Shown piece after piece: positions 36,162-42,771 of a DNA stretch of 42,771 nt. Under the pieces are notes generated by a model that was given only the letters and a program-made list of their open reading frames with translations, was not told the DNA's origin and searched no databases. The stretch comes from Minisyncoccota bacterium (lineage in GTDB: Bacteria > Patescibacteriota > Minisyncoccia > UBA6257 > GWB1-50-10). Location of the stretch: contig JBBDIH010000034.1 in NCBI GenBank assembly GCA_040880505.1, positions 6,442-49,212 of the forward strand. The letters run 5' to 3'. The position numbers were made by a program, and so were the translations under genes. Each line of letters opens with the position of its first letter. The first letter of the stretch is position 1.

Positions 36162-37616
36162 TCATCCCTTATCAAAGATATATTCATACAACGCCCAAGT
36201 GTCATTGTTTATCAATTCATTAAGAAAATCACACGACTTTTGATTTGCCAACCATAGAATTACATAATTTTCTTCCTTAATTATATTTTCAATTTTTTTA
36301 CAATCTTCAGATTCATTAACCTCGTAATAACGATTCATTAGTCCGCCAACTAGTCCTTCAGGTAATGCAGTTACCTTAATGCCTGTCATAGGGGTTATAG
36401 CAGCTCCTAAACTAGGAGAATGAACAATAGATACATTTTTATCCTTAAAATGATCTAAATAATTTAATATTCTAAAACTTTCTTTATTCAAAAAATTATT
36501 AAACATTAAATCACCTGAGCCGGTTCTAATCTGAGTATTTAAATGAGAAAAAATAATAGATAAAACTAAAAATATTGTAGCAATTTTAATAAATCCATGA
36601 AAAATTTTTGAATTTCTTTCAACTACTTTTTTGAATAAGAAATAAAATCCAAATCCAGAATAAACCATAAAAAGAAGACTTCCTAGATAAAAAGATCTTA
36701 CATAATGAAATCCAAAAACATATCCAGGCCAAATAGCCAATAACATATTCATAAAAAAGAATAGAAATACAAAATTAAAAGGCAATAAATCCTTTCTTTT
36801 CATTAACTTATAAAAACCATAAAGACCAAATAGAGCTAAGGGTAATCCCAAATAACCAACTAAATTAATTGGCTCTGACCCAGTTAAGTAATCAAAATAA
36901 ACAAATCTTTCTACTAATAAATTTAAATTACCTTCTAAAGCAAACCAGCCCATTAAAAGAGTTGCAACTCCAAAAATTAAAGGCGTAATTAGTAAGCTTA
37001 TCTTTTTTGTAATAAAAAAATAATAACCAGCTAAGTAAATACCAAGAGGAATAATAAATGGTGGGTAAGTTAATATCATCGCTAAAGCACTTAAGATAAA
37101 TAAAATATTTATCTTTTCATGTTTATGAAGCAGATATAAGCAAAAGATAAGAAAAGCAAAAGATAAAACAAAAGGAGAGAAAAATATTACCCCAAACCAC
37201 CTAAGGCTACTCTCTAGAGATAAGGCAAAAATTGTAGCTAAAAATCCAGATAAAGGATCTAGTATTTTAGACAAAAATAGAAAAAATATAACAGCTAAAA
37301 ATACAGTCTGAAAAATAGTTAATAAATAAAAACTATTTACCCCAAATCCTAAACTTTGGAATCCATAGATTATTAAGTGATACAGTGGACTACCGTCTAA
37401 AAATCTTTCTGGTTCTTCATAAGGATAATAAGGAGTATAAGGTTCTAATAAATTTTCACTTAATGTACTAGCAATAGAAAAGCTATGCCATTCATTAGTA
37501 TGAATTGGGTACTTATAAAAAGAATCATCAAAATTAAGAGTAGTAAGTCTAGGTAATAAGACAACTACAGCACTGAATAATACTAAAACTACTACTAAAA
37601 ATCTTTTAGAAATCAC
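36162..37616 (-). CDS. Polytopic membrane protein, GT-C-fold-like (ArnT/PMT-type) glycosyltransferase candidate
   Basis: About 11-12 TMs, first loop with NEW/acidic residues and a SPLYH motif, late R..Y motif, soluble C-terminal domain; GTG start. Confidence 0.55.
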   Translation of the reverse strand: MISKRFLVVVLVLFSAVVVLLPRLTTLNFDDSFYKYPIHTNEWHSFSIASTLSENLLEPYTPYYPYEEPERFLDGSPLYHLIIYGFQSLGFGVNSFYLLTIFQTVFLAVIFFLFLSKILDPLSGFLATIFALSLESSLRWFGVIFFSPFVLSFAFLIFCLYLLHKHEKINILFILSALAMILTYPPFIIPLGIYLAGYYFFITKKISLLITPLIFGVATLLMGWFALEGNLNLLVERFVYFDYLTGSEPINLVGYLGLPLALFGLYGFYKLMKRKDLLPFNFVFLFFFMNMLLAIWPGYVFGFHYVRSFYLGSLLFMVYSGFGFYFLFKKVVERNSKIFHGFIKIATIFLVLSIIFSHLNTQIRTGSGDLMFNNFLNKESFRILNYLDHFKDKNVSIVHSPSLGAAITPMTGIKVTALPEGLVGGLMNRYYEVNESEDCKKIENIIKEENYVILWLANQKSCDFLNELINNDTWALYEYIFDKG

Positions 37617-37621
37617 AAAAT

Positions 37622-39082
37622 TTAGTGAACATACGCATCTCTAACATCATCCCAACCAGTATGTATAAGAGTTCCAGGATTAGAACAAGACCCTCTTCTC
37701 AATCTAACTGTACCATGAGTATTGGTATGTACATTACATTGATAATTATACGCACTCATCGTATCACAAATAAAACCATATTCATTAGGAGTGTCTGGAT
37801 CTACAAAAGGATAGTTCATAGTTCCACCAGCTATTTCATTAGAATTATATATATTATAACAACTGCTAGAATTATATATTGGTTCTTGATATTCTATACT
37901 TCCACTACAATTCCAATCCCACCCATCCGGCCAACCTAAAGAAGTAGTAAATCTATACTGATAATAATTATGTTGTGCAGGTCTTACATTGCTATCACTA
38001 TCATAACAATCATTGTTTACAGGAGATTCATTATTACAAGAAAAAGATGAACCTTCTGCTCCATACCCATCTCCGTCACTATCTGTGTAGCCTTTGTACC
38101 AATAAGTTGCATTAGAATCATTACAGTCCGCATTAGACCAAGTGTTAGTTCCTGCTTGAGATCTTTCAGTTCTTCCAGTAGCGTTTGTGTTATAAGAAGC
38201 AAGATTATTTGAATCAGGGTAACTGTCTCCGTCGTCATCATTCATGTATAGAGTTGAAGAAAGATCTAATACTCCAGACCCTTGAGTAATAGCTAGTGTG
38301 CCACCATTTAAATTAACAGATCCTTCAACCACAAAAATATTATTTAAAGTAAGAGTTCCGCCATCTAAAATAGCATTACCCTGGCTACTACCCCATTTTG
38401 CTACACCGTCTAGATCATTGATAGTGCAGGTCCCAGAACTCCAGGCCCAACTTCCCTTTAAAGGAATACTACATTGAGGATCTAACCAACCTATACTAAT
38501 TTCAGATTCTCTATCTAAATTATCTACCACAACAAATTTAGTTGTGTAAAACTTAGTATGTGTATCTTGAACCTCCCACTCTCCTTCCCATGTCTCTGCT
38601 TCTGCAGACTGAGCCATAACCTGTGGGATTATCCCATTTTCCATCTCTCTTGCTATTTGCATTCGTTCTTCATCTGTATAAGCTTTTACTAACTGGTTAC
38701 CATCTATCTCAAAATTAGGAATATAATTAACCACTTCTCCAACCCTCTCAAGGTCAACTACAGTTGTTCCGTTATCAGTATCTATTATGGCTTTTGCTAA
38801 CTGTATTCCATCAGGAGATTGCGCAACAACTCTCATTCTTTGAGTGTCACCTACTGCTACTTTGTAAGGATGGACTTCTGCTTCTAATATTTTAGGCCAT
38901 TGTCCTTCTGCTTGAGCAACTTTCCAAGAAACTGTATCTAAAGGTGAAAAGATTTCCTGCCTCTCAACTTCATTATTCAAACCTTCGTTAACCGAAACGA
39001 TGCTTTCATCCACTAATAAATACCAACCACCAATAATTAAAACGGCGATGAAAAAACTTAATAAAATATTCTTTTTATTCAT
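37622..39082 (-). CDS. Secreted/membrane-anchored protein with Cys/Asp-rich putative metal-binding repeats
   Basis: N-terminal TM; DDDGDSYP, DCNDSNA, TDSDGDGYG, DCYDSD.NV.P, DWNCSG motifs; many Cys. Confidence 0.7.
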   Translation of the reverse strand: MNKKNILLSFFIAVLIIGGWYLLVDESIVSVNEGLNNEVERQEIFSPLDTVSWKVAQAEGQWPKILEAEVHPYKVAVGDTQRMRVVAQSPDGIQLAKAIIDTDNGTTVVDLERVGEVVNYIPNFEIDGNQLVKAYTDEERMQIAREMENGIIPQVMAQSAEAETWEGEWEVQDTHTKFYTTKFVVVDNLDRESEISIGWLDPQCSIPLKGSWAWSSGTCTINDLDGVAKWGSSQGNAILDGGTLTLNNIFVVEGSVNLNGGTLAITQGSGVLDLSSTLYMNDDDGDSYPDSNNLASYNTNATGRTERSQAGTNTWSNADCNDSNATYWYKGYTDSDGDGYGAEGSSFSCNNESPVNNDCYDSDSNVRPAQHNYYQYRFTTSLGWPDGWDWNCSGSIEYQEPIYNSSSCYNIYNSNEIAGGTMNYPFVDPDTPNEYGFICDTMSAYNYQCNVHTNTHGTVRLRRGSCSNPGTLIHTGWDDVRDAYVH

Positions 39083-39226
39083 AATAATAATCTTTTATTA
39101 ATAATACCAAATTCCACTAAAAAATGTAAATAATTAACAATCAAACAAGGTTGACTTATAGCTCTATTTATGCTTTACTAATGATAGAAATTTAATTAAA
39201 ACAATAACCCGTAATGGAGGTTTGAT

Positions 39227-40408
39227 ATGAAACTTTTAAAGTTCATTCCCTTTGTAATAATCCTCTTGTCAGTTTTTCTGATAAGTTGTGAGAACCCAGT
39301 CGTGCCTGAAGAGCCTCCAGTAAAATGTGAGGTTATGATTGAAACTGAAAATTTTGAAATTGAAGTGGGTAGCTCAATTGAAGTTACCGCTAATGTTTCT
39401 TCTTTAGATGGTTCTAATTGTGAAAACAAAGTAATCTGGAAAACTAGTAATAACTTGGTTTCTCTAGAAAATATAAGTAACAACTCTGTTACTGTAAAAA
39501 CTTTGTTTGACGGATCTACTACTGTTTATGCTCAAAGCGTTGATGATTCTTTAGCTACTGCTAAGTCTGTTATAAAAATTACTTTTTCTCCTGTTATGGT
39601 TTACTGGAATAGTACTGGATTAAATTCTGGTCTTTCTTTAATTAATAAAACCGGACAGATAAAAAAGCTTATAGACTATATAAGTAAAGATCATAAACCT
39701 AACTGGTTACCTGATGGAGATAAAATTTCCTTCTTAAGTACCAGGGGAACAGGTTCAACAAATATCTTTACTGTAAATCTAGACGGTAGCGAGATAAAAA
39801 ACATCACTCCTAATGTAAGCACTATCATCTCTCATGACTGGTCACCTGATGGTAATTTATTAGTTACTACTTTAAAACCAGAGGAAAGAGATCCTTTTGA
39901 GATATACACCCTGAATACATCGAATAATGAGCTGAAAAGACTCACATTCGAAGGAGTAATAAACGGTAAAGTTCCATCTGGAGTAGCTTGGTCACCTGAT
40001 GGTAGTAAAATATTATTTTCTACCGCTCGTGACAGCAACTGGGAAATTTACAGTATGAATCCTGATGGCTCTAACCAAGTAAATCTTACACAATCACCAG
40101 AATCAAGTGAATTTTCTTCTGTGATTTCATCAATTGAAGAAAAGATATTTTATATATCTGACAAAGGTGGTTCGCATAATATTTACAGCATGAACTTAGA
40201 TGGTTCGAATGAAATGAAAATATCCAATTTTTCAAACGGATACAAAATCTTTGATCTTGATTTATCTAGCGATGGATCAAAAATTGCATTTGCAAAAATG
40301 CATCAAGATGGCGGACCAATGGAAATATGGACGATTGATATTAATAGTTCTGAACAAGAATTATTAGTAAATACAGGTTCCTCAAGGTATCCAAAGTGGA
40401 AACCTTAA
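39227..40408 (+). CDS. Lipoprotein with Ig-like domain and TolB-like (PD40) beta-propeller
   Basis: GGAGG RBS; lipobox LISC; Ig-like segment (V.WKTSN..V); repeats P.W.PDG..I.F, WSPDG, EIY.MN.DG, P.W.P. Confidence 0.85.
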   Translation: MKLLKFIPFVIILLSVFLISCENPVVPEEPPVKCEVMIETENFEIEVGSSIEVTANVSSLDGSNCENKVIWKTSNNLVSLENISNNSVTVKTLFDGSTTVYAQSVDDSLATAKSVIKITFSPVMVYWNSTGLNSGLSLINKTGQIKKLIDYISKDHKPNWLPDGDKISFLSTRGTGSTNIFTVNLDGSEIKNITPNVSTIISHDWSPDGNLLVTTLKPEERDPFEIYTLNTSNNELKRLTFEGVINGKVPSGVAWSPDGSKILFSTARDSNWEIYSMNPDGSNQVNLTQSPESSEFSSVISSIEEKIFYISDKGGSHNIYSMNLDGSNEMKISNFSNGYKIFDLDLSSDGSKIAFAKMHQDGGPMEIWTIDINSSEQELLVNTGSSRYPKWKP

Positions 40409-40424
40409 AGAACAAAATTTTAAG

Positions 40425-40446
40425 CCCCGTAGAGAAATCTACGGGG
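40425..40446. terminator. Intrinsic terminator between convergent genes
   Basis: ccccgtaga-gaaa-tctacgggg (9-bp stem, GNRA loop) followed by tctttttt. Confidence 0.8.
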
Positions 40447-40452
40447 TCTTTT

Positions 40453-40707
40453 TTATTTTAAAATTTTATCGTGATCCCCTACATCTAGTAATACATATGC
40501 TTCTGACATAATAGAAAAAAGAAATCTATAACTTTTATTAACTCTACCTTCTAAAATACCATCTAAGCTTTTTACTTTCTTTATTTTTAATGAAGGGTGA
40601 GAAAAATTACTTAATAAAAGTTTTAATTGTTTACCTAATATTTTTTGAATGTTTTTAGGTAATTTTTTAAAAGATCTATCAAATCTTTTAGTTGTAATTA
40701 TTTTCAC
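40453..40707 (-). CDS. Type II toxin, RelE/ParE superfamily
   Basis: T..F.RSFKKLP..IQ, HPSL.IKK, EGRVNKSYR..F, VG.HD; 84 aa, basic. Confidence 0.8.
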   Translation of the reverse strand: MKIITTKRFDRSFKKLPKNIQKILGKQLKLLLSNFSHPSLKIKKVKSLDGILEGRVNKSYRFLFSIMSEAYVLLDVGDHDKILK

Positions 40708-40709
40708 TT

Positions 40710-40976
40710 CTAGCTAGATAGGTTATTTATCATATCATCAATATTTTTATAAATAGTTACATTTCCTTTCTTCAGGTCCTCTAGCGATTCTTTTATTCTC
40801 CTTTTGCCTTCAGATGACAATACGGATTCTTTAGATGATTTAATTTTTGGAATAAGTGTTATTTTGTTGTCTTTTACTTTTATATCTAAATAATCTCCAG
40901 GAGATAGACCAAGTTTCTCTCTAACTTTATTAGGTATGGTTATCTGTGATTTTTGACGTAATTTTATTAATTCCAT
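40710..40976 (-). CDS. AbrB/MazE/SpoVT-family antitoxin
   Basis: KL..KSQITIP..VREKLGL.PGD.L.I......I.L.P; acidic/helical C-terminus; directly upstream of the toxin. Confidence 0.85.
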   Translation of the reverse strand: MELIKLRQKSQITIPNKVREKLGLSPGDYLDIKVKDNKITLIPKIKSSKESVLSSEGKRRIKESLEDLKKGNVTIYKNIDDMINNLSS

Positions 40977-41034
40977 TTTCTTAATTTCTTACTTTCTTAC
41001 TATAGCAAAAGATATCAATCACCTCAAGTCTTTT

Positions 41035-42771
41035 TTATTTTACGAAAGGAATAATTAATCCTTCAATACTTTCTGGAATATTATCTGGAGAATTTCCATG
41101 CTCTGGCTTGTCATAGTCAAATCTTGGAGCAGTAAATCTGTACGAAACCTCACCCTCTTTATTAGCTAAAATAGTTATTGTTTTATTTTCAAAATCTTTT
41201 TCATACCAAACATTGCCATTAAAGTTAGGAGTAAGTAAGGCTACAAAATTACTCCAATCGTTTCCAAAATCAGTAGTCTGCCAGAACAACCATAAATCAC
41301 TTCCTTTTTCTAACTCATTAAAGTCTATAACTTTTTGATATTTGCCAATTTCCTTTTCTTCTAGTTTTAATGTACCGGTTGTTTCTTCTTTCAAACCAGT
41401 CATACCAGCCATATATGTAGCAAACTTCTCTCCATTAATGTTATAAACCGGGTCCACACTATTAGCATAAACCTTATCCACACCAGTAATATCATTACTG
41501 TTCATATCTATATTACCCCGAAATTCAGCAATACTGCTGTTATGAACCCAGCTAAGAACCTCTATGTCAGTACCAGATGTTCTTCTAAAGATGCTTATAT
41601 TATCAGTTGATTGAGGCATGCCTGGATTATCATCTCCGTTATATGTAATACCACCTCCATGGGTATCAGACTGACCTACATATATATAACCTGTTCCTTG
41701 GCTATTTCCCTGAACTAATAATTGAGCTATTTCACTATCAGAGCTCTCGTATACTTCTACTGTTGTTCCTCCAGAACCATATCTAGCAGCATCAGTACTT
41801 AAAACTCCAACACCAAGATTCCCTGATGCATAAATTCCTGGAGCTCCTGTCATTTTTAGACCAACATCATCATCAATATACCCCCAGATTTTATTATCTT
41901 GTTCAGGCTCAATGAAACATAAATCTTCTATTGAACCACCATTTACATCACAGCCTGTTATACCCCAATCACCTGCTGAGCTATCGTATAAACCAAGAGC
42001 ATTAATATTACCATTAAAGTTGCCAGCGGTTCCTGAATTACCAGGGTCTATGTAATAGCTGGTGTTATTTTGATCAATAAACTGCGTTCCTGTTATTGAC
42101 CCACTAGTCCATATGCCACCGCTAAAGCCTATTGCTGTACCAACAGTACCATTATTTACAAATTCAAGTTGGTGACCAAGACCAGAAGTACAATTTGCAT
42201 TATTAGTGTGACAATAAGCAAGACCATAAAGATTACCAAAAGTGGATCCATCACTAGCAATTTTATAACTAGTTCCCATAGACCAAACATGATCTATTTT
42301 TGTACTAGAATATGTGCCATAAATTCCTGATTGACGATTACCTGCAGAGGCTGTTAACATCCCAGAAAATGAATCATTAGCATCACTTCTTAAAAAGCTA
42401 AGAGAATCAATGCCGTCTAATGCGCCAGCATTAGAAGCATTATCAGCAGTAGCAGCATTAATGCCGTCTGCCTCTAACTGACTTAAGACAGCTGCTCTTG
42501 TTGTTGGTCTTAAATAATTATCCTGTGATCCAGTCGCTCTAGATGTCCAGAAATAAGCAATACTAGTCCCTGTGTTCAATGTGGTATATTCTGGGCGGAA
42601 CAGTCTAGCTGTTATGTCTCCAGCGGAATCTCTCGCCGCAATAGTACTTCCTGTATTAGGCTCTGAAGCACTATAACCATTCAATGTTCCGGTGTTTGTT
42701 ACGTTACAAGTACTGCCATCACAGGTTGTATCAGTATCTGGAATAACAGTACTATCTACATAAGATTTTGT
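41035..42771 (-). CDS. Large tail-fibre/adhesin-like protein (5'-truncated; true start lies beyond the window)
   Basis: The frame is open from 42771 (TKSYVDSTVIPDTDTTCDGSTCNVTNTGTL...), so the track's M at 42684 is an internal TTG. Gly/Ser/Thr/Asn-rich with TIAARDSAG, LDG.DS..FLRSD, FIDQNNTSYYIDP motifs. Confidence 0.7.
   Translation of the reverse strand, partial: TKSYVDSTVIPDTDTTCDGSTCNVTNTGTLNGYSASEPNTGSTIAARDSAGDITARLFRPEYTTLNTGTSIAYFWTSRATGSQDNYLRPTTRAAVLSQLEADGINAATADNASNAGALDGIDSLSFLRSDANDSFSGMLTASAGNRQSGIYGTYSSTKIDHVWSMGTSYKIASDGSTFGNLYGLAYCHTNNANCTSGLGHQLEFVNNGTVGTAIGFSGGIWTSGSITGTQFIDQNNTSYYIDPGNSGTAGNFNGNINALGLYDSSAGDWGITGCDVNGGSIEDLCFIEPEQDNKIWGYIDDDVGLKMTGAPGIYASGNLGVGVLSTDAARYGSGGTTVEVYESSDSEIAQLLVQGNSQGTGYIYVGQSDTHGGGITYNGDDNPGMPQSTDNISIFRRTSGTDIEVLSWVHNSSIAEFRGNIDMNSNDITGVDKVYANSVDPVYNINGEKFATYMAGMTGLKEETTGTLKLEEKEIGKYQKVIDFNELEKGSDLWLFWQTTDFGNDWSNFVALLTPNFNGNVWYEKDFENKTITILANKEGEVSYRFTAPRFDYDKPEHGNSPDNIPESIEGLIIPFVK

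Noticed and set aside
639-40038. Other short ORFs in the track overlapping longer genes or signals (e.g. 639, 6092, 7297, 9825, 10674, 11090, 11366, 11720, 13531, 14578, 15554, 15959, 18634, 21256, 21619, 22009, 22826, 24498, 26941, 33853, 37625, 38017, 39196, 39832)
   Set aside because: They overlap well-supported genes, nearly all antisense, show Phe/Ser/Leu-rich shadow composition or out-of-frame reading, and carry no motifs.
42684-42684. Track start codon of the 549-aa ORF
   Set aside because: It is an internal TTG; the frame stays open for 29 more codons to the window edge.

Overview
This is a 42.8-kb, very AT-rich bacterial chromosome segment that translates cleanly with code 11. Gene content and style suggest a Patescibacteria (CPR, Parcubacteria-like) genome; that assignment is inference. 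From about 1 to 24.3 kb it is mostly housekeeping and cell-envelope genes: mscL (partial), a SurA-like protein, hisS, glycerate kinase, dsbB, rpsP, a short SMC-like ATPase, rnc, nusB, rpmF, rnhB, tRNA-Gly(TCC), an ECF sigma module, HU, rny and gpmI. From about 24.4 to 37.6 kb is a surface-glycan locus (GT2/GT4 enzymes, sulfotransferase, two nucleotidyltransferase-family proteins, Wzm/Wzt). The end holds secreted proteins, a toxin-antitoxin pair and a 5'-truncated tail-fibre-like gene. The best candidate for an undescribed system is a compact graspetide (ATP-grasp RiPP) locus at 15.4-17.5 kb. It has an MvdC/MvdD-type ATP-grasp ligase, a TPR protein and a 53-aa precursor-like peptide missing from the ORF track, with its own promoter, RBS and terminator. 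Other notable signals are an in-frame palindromic element shared by rpsP and smc, a family of REP-like intergenic palindromes at six loci, a CD-NTase-like/GT4 chimeric ORF, and a 512-bp tandem duplication bounded by a 10-bp microhomology. All family assignments come from motif recognition by eye; no database searches were run.
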